Shown here piece by piece: positions 41,185-50,211 of a stretch of 64,000 nucleotides of DNA; position 1 is the stretch's first letter, and every line of letters begins with the position of its first letter. The notes beneath the pieces are model-generated. The model made no database searches. It was not told where the DNA came from and worked only from the letters and a program-made list of their open reading frames with translations. Location of the stretch: positions 2,560,001-2,624,000 of the forward strand of contig OZ271854.1 in assembly GCA_965601925.1 (NCBI GenBank). The letters run 5' to 3'. The stretch is from Alkalispirochaeta sp. Lineage in GTDB: Bacteria; Spirochaetota; Spirochaetia; DSM-27196; Alkalispirochaetaceae. A program made the translations under genes and the position numbers.

Positions 41185-42843
41185 GTGCGCGTACGGGTAA
41201 AAATTGTTATCGTCGTGTTGCCGCTCCTTTTGGTGACCATCGTGCTCACCGGCGTATCCGCCGTCTTTTCCTCCACGACCGGGATCACGCGGGTGACGCA
41301 GGAGTTTCTCGACTTCAAAGCGGGAGAGCTCCAGAGGCACGCCGAGAGTCAGTGGCGTCTATTGGTAGAGAACAATTTCATCAATCGACCGGATATGGTC
41401 TCCTCCACCCAGGCCGGTATCCTCTCTTTTGCCGAATCGCTCCTCAGGACCGATACGGAAGTGGTGTTTGCGATCGAAGAGGGCGGTGCCTCGGTCGCGT
41501 CGACCGCACCCGTGGAGCCCACCGACGTGGAACGCGAACGGTTGGCCGAGGTGTTCGGCGATCGCGATACGGCGTTGTTGAATCTCACCATCGAGGGAGA
41601 AGAACGGGTAGCCAAAGGATTTTACTTCGCGCCCTTCGACTGGTTCTATCTGGTAACGGAATCTCGCGACGTTTTCTACCGCGACGTAGATCGCATCATT
41701 CGGGAGAGCGTGATCATCCTCGCCGCGGCGCTGTTGGTATCGTTTACCATGCTGTTGATCTTCTCGTCGCAACTGACCCGACCGATTTCGGCAATCGTGG
41801 CCTCCATGCGTCGAATCATCGAATCGAGCGATCTCCACGAGCGGGTCCCGATAGAGTACAAAGACGAAACGGGGGAGTTGGCCCACACGTTCAACATCAT
41901 GCTCGGGGAGTTGGATAAGGCGTACTCGCAGATCAAGAGCTACGCCTATCAGGCGGTACTCGCTCAAAAGAAAGAGACCAAAATTCGTAACATCTTTCAG
42001 AAGTACGTACCGCAAGAGCTGATCGATCGATTCTTTGAGAATCCGGAATCGATGCTCGTCGGAGAAAACAGAGAGCTCGCGATCCTCTTCTCCGATATTC
42101 GCTCGTTTACCACTATCAGTGAGGCGATGCGTCCCGACGATTTGGTCAACAGTCTCAATCGCTACTTTTCGGTGATGGTGGATATTATCATGGCGCGCAA
42201 CGGCGTTATCGATAAGTACATCGGTGACGCGATCATGGCCTTTTTCGGCGCGCCGATACACCACGACGACGACGCGTTTCAGGCGGTGATGGCCGGCCTG
42301 GAGATGTCCGAGGCGCTGGACGACTTCAACCGCAAACAGATCGAACTCGGTAAGCCCGAGTTTCACATCGGCGTGGGGATCAACTACGGCGAGGTGACGG
42401 TGGGTAACATCGGTACCGAGAAGAAAATGGATTACACCGTCATCGGCGACATGGTCAACCTCGCGAGCCGCCTCGAGGGGCTGACCAAGCCCTACCATCA
42501 AAAGCTCATCATCGCCGAGAGCCTGTTCCCTTACGTCGAGTCGCAGTTGGCGTGGCGTCTCTTGGATACCGTCGCCGTAAAGGGCAAGACGACGGGGGTC
42601 CGTATCTATACCGTCGCGCGTCGAGTCAACAAGGTAGAGGAGCGTGCCTGGACGCGGCACAACGAGGCGATGCGTGCGTATTACGATCGCGACTTTGATG
42701 CCGCGATTGAGGGACTCGAGCGTGTGCTGGCCATCTCGCCCGGAGACGCCAACGCGACGATGTTGATCGAACGGTGCCGCCGTTTTCGTGTCGACCCGCC
42801 GCCGGCGGGGTGGGACGGAGTCGAGGTGATGAAGACGAAATGA
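41185..42843 (+). CDS. Membrane-bound class III adenylate/guanylate cyclase (Cache-like, HAMP, C-terminal TPR-like)
   Basis: FSDIRSFT, DKYIGDAIMA, DYTVIGDMVNLASRLE and VKGK motifs; K and D specificity residues suggest ATP. Confidence 0.93.
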   Translation: MRVRVKIVIVVLPLLLVTIVLTGVSAVFSSTTGITRVTQEFLDFKAGELQRHAESQWRLLVENNFINRPDMVSSTQAGILSFAESLLRTDTEVVFAIEEGGASVASTAPVEPTDVERERLAEVFGDRDTALLNLTIEGEERVAKGFYFAPFDWFYLVTESRDVFYRDVDRIIRESVIILAAALLVSFTMLLIFSSQLTRPISAIVASMRRIIESSDLHERVPIEYKDETGELAHTFNIMLGELDKAYSQIKSYAYQAVLAQKKETKIRNIFQKYVPQELIDRFFENPESMLVGENRELAILFSDIRSFTTISEAMRPDDLVNSLNRYFSVMVDIIMARNGVIDKYIGDAIMAFFGAPIHHDDDAFQAVMAGLEMSEALDDFNRKQIELGKPEFHIGVGINYGEVTVGNIGTEKKMDYTVIGDMVNLASRLEGLTKPYHQKLIIAESLFPYVESQLAWRLLDTVAVKGKTTGVRIYTVARRVNKVEERAWTRHNEAMRAYYDRDFDAAIEGLERVLAISPGDANATMLIERCRRFRVDPPPAGWDGVEVMKTK

Positions 42844-44018
42844 GATGTCCTACGGTGGCGCGAAGAGTGGTCGCGAGCGTCTCTCTCGCGATTGTCGCTC
42901 TAACGGGGCTTGCGGGAACGGTGGGCGCGCAGGAGGTCGAGCCGTCGCTGAGCGCCTCTTCAGACGGAGCGCTCGCATTCTCTCACGCGGTGGTGCGGTC
43001 GGGCCGAGCCGTCGAGGTCGGCGCCTTTGACGCGATCGTTGCCGAAGCGCTCGCCCGCTCGCTCTCAGCCAGAGGCCGGGCGGTAACCGTCGACGCCGAT
43101 GCGATTCCCACCGCCGCCACATTGATCTGGGAGTACAGCGTTCTGACGCTCCTGCCGCGTCTGCACGTTTCCGTCTCCGTATATGATCGAAGCAGAGAGA
43201 TCTTAATTGTGAGTAGGGCGGGCCGCAGCGTCGCGAATCTCGCGCTCTACGATTCGGTCGACCGGATCGTCGACCAGGTTATCGGACCGGTCGACCAATA
43301 CCTCGCGTCTCTCGGCCGTGTCGAGGCGGAGATCGGCGTCATACCCCTCGGCGAGCCGTTGGTGACCGCCCCCTTTCTCGACGACGATGGAGAAATCATC
43401 GTGCAACCGGCGGCGCCCATCTCCCTCCCGTCGCAACGAGAGCTGCTCACCAGTCCCGATACGGCGCTTCCGGCACGAGTCGAGCGCGAGGGATTTTACG
43501 GACGTGATATCATCCTCGATCCCGAGGCAACGCCGCCGGCACTCGTCCAAAAACGGCGATTGGGCCTCCAACTCCACTACTCGTTTCCGCGCTTGGCGGG
43601 AGCCGGTTTCGGAGTGCGCTACTACCCCGTGGTCGACCGCCTGTCGACCGCGCTTGAAACCGATCTGTACTTCTCGGCCGCCGGCACCGAATCGCCGTAT
43701 ACGGTCCTCCACGCCGAAGGACGGCTTTTGGCGGGAGTGACCTTTCTTCGCGATCCGGAACAACGGGTGCGTTTCGGTCTTTCCTCCGGTCCCGGGATGA
43801 TCGCCACGATCTTTTTTCAGACCGCGGCTCCGAACTACCTCGATCTCTACTGGAATGTGTTCAATCTGGCCCTCGAGTTTCACATGAATCGGCAAGTGTT
43901 CTTTGTTCGATCCGGATTACTGTATGCGTTCGATACCGACCGCGGCTTTTTTGCCGGCGGCTTGGAGACGGAGAACACGAACCCGCAGCTTTTTGTAGGA
44001 ACGGTGAGGATGTGGTGA
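42840..44018 (+). CDS. Secreted/outer-membrane hypothetical protein with C-terminal beta-strand region
   Basis: ATGA overlap with the cyclase; signal peptide; terminal GTVRMW. Confidence 0.6.
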   Translation: MRCPTVARRVVASVSLAIVALTGLAGTVGAQEVEPSLSASSDGALAFSHAVVRSGRAVEVGAFDAIVAEALARSLSARGRAVTVDADAIPTAATLIWEYSVLTLLPRLHVSVSVYDRSREILIVSRAGRSVANLALYDSVDRIVDQVIGPVDQYLASLGRVEAEIGVIPLGEPLVTAPFLDDDGEIIVQPAAPISLPSQRELLTSPDTALPARVEREGFYGRDIILDPEATPPALVQKRRLGLQLHYSFPRLAGAGFGVRYYPVVDRLSTALETDLYFSAAGTESPYTVLHAEGRLLAGVTFLRDPEQRVRFGLSSGPGMIATIFFQTAAPNYLDLYWNVFNLALEFHMNRQVFFVRSGLLYAFDTDRGFFAGGLETENTNPQLFVGTVRMW

Positions 44019-44986
44019 CGGCGCGACAAACGGCCTCTCTTGCGATCATCACGGCGGTGGCTCTCGTCCTCGCCGGGTGCGATTTTTTCACCACGACACC
44101 GTTTCCGCCGTACCTGTCCTACGTCTCCGCGGAGGTTGATTTCAGCGGAGAGTTGCCGGACTCCATTCGTTCCGTCACGCTGGAAACGACCTTCCCCGAG
44201 CCCGGGGGAGAGCGGTTTTTTTCCGTCTATGTCGAGCCCGACTCAGCGGAGAGCGAAGTGTATGTCTTGGTAGACCAAAGCCTGTCGGTCCGCTTTGTCG
44301 AGACGTCCGATACCGCGCCGCCCTTCGATACGCATTTGTTTGTCACGACCGAGGGGCGAGTTCAAAAGGGGAACGTCGTATACGACCCGACGACCAACGA
44401 GATTCTCAACGCTCCGACCCTCGAAGATCTCTCGGATCCGACGATTCTTGCCGACTCCAGCAAGTATTACGTCCTTTGGTCTAACTCGACCGACGTTGAG
44501 ATCTTCGACTACTCCGACAACTTCGTCGAGGACACGGCGACCGCGCCCAATCCGTCGATCGAAGCGATATCCGACGGCGCATCCATATGGAATCTCGATG
44601 CGGCGTACCGATGGGGAAGCGACGTCGACTCTCCTGAGTTCGCGCTCTTTATGCTGGATGATGAAAATCGACTCTTTCGCGCCGTCGTCGCCCTGGCGGA
44701 CATTTTCTCCCCCACGGAACCGCTGATCGACGCCACCGTGGATCCGGTGCTCCCCGTTCTCGAACTCGATTCCCTTCAGGATACTCCTCAAGGGATACTC
44801 GGCCGAGACGATCAGACGCTCTACCGCGTCGACGAAGCGACCGGAGCGGTGAGAGACTCATTCGACCTGGGCGAGAGCAGACGCACCGACGGCGGGTATC
44901 CGGTCGTCTTTGACCCCGCCGGTGAGTTCTATCTGCTATTCGACGAGGACAACCGGGTCCTCTACAGGGTGGACCCGTGGTGGTAA
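44012..44986 (+). CDS. Acidic lipoprotein, hypothetical
   Basis: Lipobox LAG-C; overlaps neighbouring genes. Confidence 0.7.
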   Translation: MVTARQTASLAIITAVALVLAGCDFFTTTPFPPYLSYVSAEVDFSGELPDSIRSVTLETTFPEPGGERFFSVYVEPDSAESEVYVLVDQSLSVRFVETSDTAPPFDTHLFVTTEGRVQKGNVVYDPTTNEILNAPTLEDLSDPTILADSSKYYVLWSNSTDVEIFDYSDNFVEDTATAPNPSIEAISDGASIWNLDAAYRWGSDVDSPEFALFMLDDENRLFRAVVALADIFSPTEPLIDATVDPVLPVLELDSLQDTPQGILGRDDQTLYRVDEATGAVRDSFDLGESRRTDGGYPVVFDPAGEFYLLFDEDNRVLYRVDPWW

Positions 44987-46398
44987 CGACGCGCGTCTGG
45001 TCCGGGCCGGACGGTCTCGGGTCGATTCTTTCGGGACGGAGGGTACTGCTCGCGGTGGTGATATGGCTCGTTTTAGCCCGTCCCGCAAATATCTTCGCCC
45101 AAGCCGCGGAACGGACGATCGACGGTCTTGCGCCGCGCATCGCCGTGTTTCTGGTCGAGGATTTCGACCCGGCGGTTCCCATTATCGCCGAGTCGGCCCT
45201 GAGTGCCCTCACGGAGGGCGTTCCCGGCTTCTGGTTCACCGTCGAGCACGAGGGCCCCGCCGTCGAGGGGGAGAGCGGTGCGGCTCCTTCGGAGCTACCG
45301 CTCGCAGCGGCACTCCCCGATCCAAGCGAGCTAGGCGCCGCCGTCTGGGAGCAGTACCAGGCGGAGCTCTTACTTATTCTCTCGGTGCGACGTAGCGGCG
45401 GGAACGAATCCGAGGCGGGGCCCGGGGCGTCGGGTAGGCAGCGGCCGCGATACGCCGTCTCGATGGAGGTATATCAAACGTCGTTGCGTGAGGACTTGAG
45501 CGTTCGTCGTCTGACGTCGTTGGACGAGGAGGTTACCGTCGACCCGGCCGGGCGATATCAACGTCCGGAGACGTACGACACGCTGGTCGATGCCCTTGCA
45601 GAAGTGCGCGACCTCGGTATTCCGGCTACCGAGCTTACGATTCGGTCCAATGGGCCGTTCACCTTGTCCGGCGTACCCGCCCATGCGGTCCACACGGCGG
45701 ACGGAGCGGCTCCCACCGGGGACGGCGCGACCGATACGATCTCTTCCGCCGGTTCCGAGTTGACCCTGCAGCTTCGATCGCTCTCTCACTACGAGTTCGT
45801 GCTGAGTCGTCCGGGGCACCGTTCGGAGTCTCTCTCGATTTATGTTGAGCGACTGCCGATCACGGCCGACGTGTACCTTACCGAGTACCCGCGTCACAGC
45901 GTGGGATTCTTTTTGAGGGGGCTCTCGTGGCCCGCCGTCGAGTATACGTGGAGTCCGCGATCGTCGCGATGGATGGTGCACGGTGCGATTACTTCCTTTC
46001 TCGTGGGCATCACCCCCTTGCGTCAAGCGACCCGCGATGACGAGTCGGCCCAGCTGTTCACCAACCACGATCTTGCCGAGGTCGAGATCGGTTGGAATTA
46101 CCTCTTCGGGTCCCGGGATAGCCGTTATCGGTGGACCTCCGGGGCCGCGGTCGCGATGCGGCTGGTGTACGGCAACGTCGATTTCGGTTTCGATCCGATC
46201 ATACCGGCGACGCTGCGCCTGGCCGGCGGCTCCGAATGGGAAATCGCGCCGCGTCTCTCGTTGTCGCAACGCCTCTCGACCGATCTGTTTGTCAGCCCCC
46301 GCAGTTCTTTTGTCAGAGACCAGGTGTGGCTACGGCGGGGAGGAACGATTTTTTGGCAATTTCCGATCTATCGCATCGGTGTGAGGGTGCGCTTATGA
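44977..46398 (+). CDS. Secreted/outer-membrane hypothetical protein (PEGA-like middle, beta-rich C-terminus)
   Basis: Hydrophobic N-terminus; YEFVLSRPGH; terminal YRIGVRVRL. Confidence 0.6.
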   Translation: MVVTTRVWSGPDGLGSILSGRRVLLAVVIWLVLARPANIFAQAAERTIDGLAPRIAVFLVEDFDPAVPIIAESALSALTEGVPGFWFTVEHEGPAVEGESGAAPSELPLAAALPDPSELGAAVWEQYQAELLLILSVRRSGGNESEAGPGASGRQRPRYAVSMEVYQTSLREDLSVRRLTSLDEEVTVDPAGRYQRPETYDTLVDALAEVRDLGIPATELTIRSNGPFTLSGVPAHAVHTADGAAPTGDGATDTISSAGSELTLQLRSLSHYEFVLSRPGHRSESLSIYVERLPITADVYLTEYPRHSVGFFLRGLSWPAVEYTWSPRSSRWMVHGAITSFLVGITPLRQATRDDESAQLFTNHDLAEVEIGWNYLFGSRDSRYRWTSGAAVAMRLVYGNVDFGFDPIIPATLRLAGGSEWEIAPRLSLSQRLSTDLFVSPRSSFVRDQVWLRRGGTIFWQFPIYRIGVRVRL

Positions 46399-47717
46399 AC
46401 ACGATTACTCGCCGCTGCGGCTCGGCCGGTTTGCGTCGCGTATCCGGCGATTGCTTTTCCGGGCGACCACGGCGACGGAGCGGAACCGCTCTACTGGCGA
46501 TATGCCTCGTCGTTATGACGGCGGCTTGCGACCTTACCCTCTATGATGCCGACGCGGTCGAAGGGGCGCGCCGGGCCGCCGATTTACGGCTCGAGTCCGA
46601 GGAGCAATACATCGGTTGGGCGTGGTGGCGTGACGATTCACAGCGCCTCATTCAGCCGCAGGCCTTTTTCCCCGACGGTCTCGCGGAGACGACGGGCTAC
46701 GCGATCTACGAGGACGGGGGCTCATTGCGGATTTGGCGCGTCGACGACGACGGAATTGTTGAGGGAAGCTCGCTGCACTTCTCCTCCGACGACGTCCATG
46801 CCGGGTGGGACGCGTGGTCGGTGCCGCTCGACTCAGCCGTACAGACGGAGTACCTTTCGAACAATCCGGGGGGGCGCGCGGTCCGACCGCCGTTGTTCGT
46901 CGCGACGTGGGACAGCGAACGAGTATCGCTCGTGGTATTTCACTACGACGCCGACCAGCGACAGCTGTCGGCGTACGCGATCGACTTGGAAGCGCTCTTT
47001 GATGAGTTCCTGGGTTCTTCCGATGATTATGCGTTCTACTCGGTCAACGTCGTCGCCTACGGCCCCAACTCGTCGATCGACGGGGGGACTCCGCTGGGAA
47101 CGGTGAGCGGCGCGTACCTTCAAGTCTTGGCTTTGTCCAACGCATCGTTTGTATTGCGAGAGTATTGGTTTCGTGGGACCGCCACCGACTTCGTCACGTG
47201 GGCGTCCGATTCCGACCACGAGCTACTCTCAGCGAACGGAACCTTAGCGGATAAACAGATCATCCCCTTTCCGACCAGGAGCGACGGAGAGAACGCACGG
47301 GGTATTCGTCACGCGACCGATTTTTCCACGCTCAACGGCGTGATGAGTTTCAGGGACGACGATTTTTCCTCGGCGCCGTATCTGGTATACGAGTGGGAGA
47401 CCGACAACGATAGCGACTCCCTGGAGCTCTTATCGTGGAGCGGAGCGATCTCTTCGATCACAATGGGGGGCACGGTTCGGAGTGCCCGTACGGGGATGTT
47501 CGATCAGGTATCCGGAATCGCCGGCGGCCCGGCGGTTGGCACCGAGACGAATGGTCTCTTGTGGTATGCCGGCCAGTATCCGGACGGCGCGGGCAGTCTT
47601 ACCGGGCTCCCCGATCCCTCCGTCGTCTCTCTTCACGACGTCTATACGCAAGTGAGCGTGGTGCGGGGACTCGGAGATGACGCAGTACTCTCCATCGCCG
47701 TGTACAGTACGCGTTAG
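46395..47717 (+). CDS. Acidic lipoprotein, hypothetical
   Basis: ATG overlaps the previous stop; lipobox TAA-C. Confidence 0.6.
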   Translation: MNTITRRCGSAGLRRVSGDCFSGRPRRRSGTALLAICLVVMTAACDLTLYDADAVEGARRAADLRLESEEQYIGWAWWRDDSQRLIQPQAFFPDGLAETTGYAIYEDGGSLRIWRVDDDGIVEGSSLHFSSDDVHAGWDAWSVPLDSAVQTEYLSNNPGGRAVRPPLFVATWDSERVSLVVFHYDADQRQLSAYAIDLEALFDEFLGSSDDYAFYSVNVVAYGPNSSIDGGTPLGTVSGAYLQVLALSNASFVLREYWFRGTATDFVTWASDSDHELLSANGTLADKQIIPFPTRSDGENARGIRHATDFSTLNGVMSFRDDDFSSAPYLVYEWETDNDSDSLELLSWSGAISSITMGGTVRSARTGMFDQVSGIAGGPAVGTETNGLLWYAGQYPDGAGSLTGLPDPSVVSLHDVYTQVSVVRGLGDDAVLSIAVYSTR

Positions 47718-47767
47718 GTGCTGATACGTGCGCGACGGGTGACCGGATAAGCGGACGGTCGCCGGCG

Positions 47768-50032
47768 TCAGTCTTCCAGCTGCCCGACGAGCAGCTCCAA
47801 CTCGTCGAGAAACTCTCCGACCGCCTCGGCTCCGGGCTGCGACGCCAAGGTCCTTCGTGACTCCTCGATGAGGTCTCGCCGTTCGCCGTCCGTCTCGGCA
47901 AAGGCGATATCCACCAGAATGTCGGTGACGTCGAGAAATGCATTCTCTCTTCCGGTGGCGACATACGCGTCCTGATACCGAGTAATCTCCTCGGACATAC
48001 CGGGAAAGAGCTCGCGCACCGACTCGTCGTTCAGGAAACGCTCCAGCGCGAGACGACTATTGAGAAGCTCGACCCGATCGATCGCCGCCGGAGACGAATC
48101 GCGTGCGGCCTCGGCCTCCGATTGAGCCGTCACATCGGCGAGGAAGGTTTGGTAGACCGACTGCGCGCTCGACACATCGGTCTCGATCTCTCGCAATCGT
48201 GTCAGTTCGACCTGCGTTTGGGGATGAACCACGATGCGTTCGGGGTCGTTCTCGCGCGCGATGGCGTCGAGCTGTCCCCGAAGGGTCGCTATCTCGGCGT
48301 TGAGCTCCGCGATACGGTCCTGCGTTTGCAGCTCACGACGCCGCTCCGCGGAGAGATTCTCCTGTGCGTCGGTCAGCGCTTGTTCCGTTTGATCAAACGC
48401 AACGGCGCGCTCGTCTATAGCCTGTTGGAGCGTCGCAATCAAGGCATCCCGTTCGGCTATTTGCGCGTCGAGTGTCGATTGGGTCTCCTCCATCGTCCGG
48501 CGGAGGGTCGTAATCTCCTCGTCTCGTCCCGTTATTTCCGCGCCGAGTTCCTCTTCCAACGCGGCGATCTCGGCGTCGAAATCGGCGTTGCGTTGTGCGG
48601 TCGCCGCGGCAAGTGCCGATACGGAGTTGCGAATACTCGACGCCGCCTCTTGACGAAAGCTGCTCTGCGGGTATTGCCGCAAGACCTGACCGAACTCGTC
48701 TATCGCGGTTAGCCACTCTCCCTCGGCCACCGACGCGCGAGCACTCGCCATCAACGGCTCCGCGGCTTCGTCGATCGCCTCGCGTTCCGCCGCCTCGGCT
48801 TGTCCCGCGCTCGCAACCAAAAAGAGGTGGCTCTCGTCGATCGCCGGTATAACCTCCAACGCTTGACGGTACAGAGTGTTTGCCAGCGCGTCGTCACCGG
48901 CGCCCGCCGCGGCCTGCGCCTGCTCGAACAGCGTCGTAATCTGCTGGATCGTCGAGGCATCGTTGAGTCGTCGGAGCGTCTCCGGGTCGGAAAAGCGCTC
49001 CTCGTAGCTCACCAAACTTTCCAGAGCGCCTACGATGAGGAGATCGACCGTACGTTGCTCCTGCAACGCCGGAATACGTAAGACGGTGTCCTCGTTCAGC
49101 AGAGTGCGAAGGTCCTGCAGGCGTGCCCGTGCCGTCTCGCGCTCTCCCGCATCGATCGCCGCATCGACGGAGGTGAAAAGTCCGCGAATCTGACCGCGTA
49201 CGAGCTCGGCGCGCTCTTGATCTCGGGATAGGCGAGCGAGTTCCGACGCCGCCTCGCTCAACTGCGATTCACGCTCCGCAATGCGCTCTTGGAGCTGGGC
49301 CTCCACCTCTTCGAGGCGTACTTCGCTCTCTCTTACCAGCGCATCCCGCGCCGCGTTGGCCTCCTCCAGGGTACGGCTGAACTGTACCTCCAAGGAGTCG
49401 AGTTCCTCGTTGAGGCGCTCCTGCTCCGCGTTCGCCTCCTGGCGGATCTCCGTGAGACGGTCGGTGAACTCCTGCTCCTGGAGGCGGGTAAACTCGGCAA
49501 GTCGTACCTCGATCTCCTCGTCGCTCAAGTCCAACGCGATGAGGCGCCTGCGCTCCTCCTCGAGTTCCGCCTCGAACTGCCGACGGAGTTGGTCTTCCCG
49601 CTGCGCTATTCGCTCTTCGATATCGGCGGCAAGGGTCGTCCGTTCTTCCCGCAGAGAGGCGAGTTGCGCCTGGATCGCGCCGATTTCCTCCTCTTGTTGG
49701 GCAAGTTGTTGCTCCGTTTCGCGACGAATTTCCTCGATCAAGCGGCTCTCGGCGGTGATCACCGTCTGCCCTGTGCGGCGGAGCTCCTCTTCGTCCCCGG
49801 CAAAAATCTGCGCAAGGAGCCATATGCCGCCGACGAGGACCAGCGCACCGACAATGTTGACGAGGATCGGAAAGATCGAGCCGTTCTTTCGGGGTGCATA
49901 ATCGAATATATCGTCGGTAACCGCGATCTTGTTTTCTCCGGCGACGCGTTCGATCTCCAGGATGATCTCCTGCCGATCCTCCTCGGATATACCTGTCGTC
50001 TGCCCGACGGTTTCTTGTAAGGGGTCTCCCAT
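47768..50032 (-). CDS. Single-TM coiled-coil/TPR protein
   Basis: One TM (IFPILVNIVGALVLVGGIWLL), long E/Q/R-rich heptads, TPR-like YPQS segment; GAGGA RBS. Confidence 0.75.
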   Translation of the reverse strand: MGDPLQETVGQTTGISEEDRQEIILEIERVAGENKIAVTDDIFDYAPRKNGSIFPILVNIVGALVLVGGIWLLAQIFAGDEEELRRTGQTVITAESRLIEEIRRETEQQLAQQEEEIGAIQAQLASLREERTTLAADIEERIAQREDQLRRQFEAELEEERRRLIALDLSDEEIEVRLAEFTRLQEQEFTDRLTEIRQEANAEQERLNEELDSLEVQFSRTLEEANAARDALVRESEVRLEEVEAQLQERIAERESQLSEAASELARLSRDQERAELVRGQIRGLFTSVDAAIDAGERETARARLQDLRTLLNEDTVLRIPALQEQRTVDLLIVGALESLVSYEERFSDPETLRRLNDASTIQQITTLFEQAQAAAGAGDDALANTLYRQALEVIPAIDESHLFLVASAGQAEAAEREAIDEAAEPLMASARASVAEGEWLTAIDEFGQVLRQYPQSSFRQEAASSIRNSVSALAAATAQRNADFDAEIAALEEELGAEITGRDEEITTLRRTMEETQSTLDAQIAERDALIATLQQAIDERAVAFDQTEQALTDAQENLSAERRRELQTQDRIAELNAEIATLRGQLDAIARENDPERIVVHPQTQVELTRLREIETDVSSAQSVYQTFLADVTAQSEAEAARDSSPAAIDRVELLNSRLALERFLNDESVRELFPGMSEEITRYQDAYVATGRENAFLDVTDILVDIAFAETDGERRDLIEESRRTLASQPGAEAVGEFLDELELLVGQLED

Positions 50033-50211
50033 ATGATCCTCGTGAGTACTATCATCCGTGGGTGCAGCGGAAAAAGTCAAGGTTTCCCGACGCCGCCGAT
50101 CGTCCACCGAGTGAAAAGGTGCAAAGTTTTGCCTTCTTGCACCTGATTCTTGATAAAAGACTTGGTATATTTGTGGGGGGGAACCGGATACGTACTCCGG
50201 TATTACATAAA

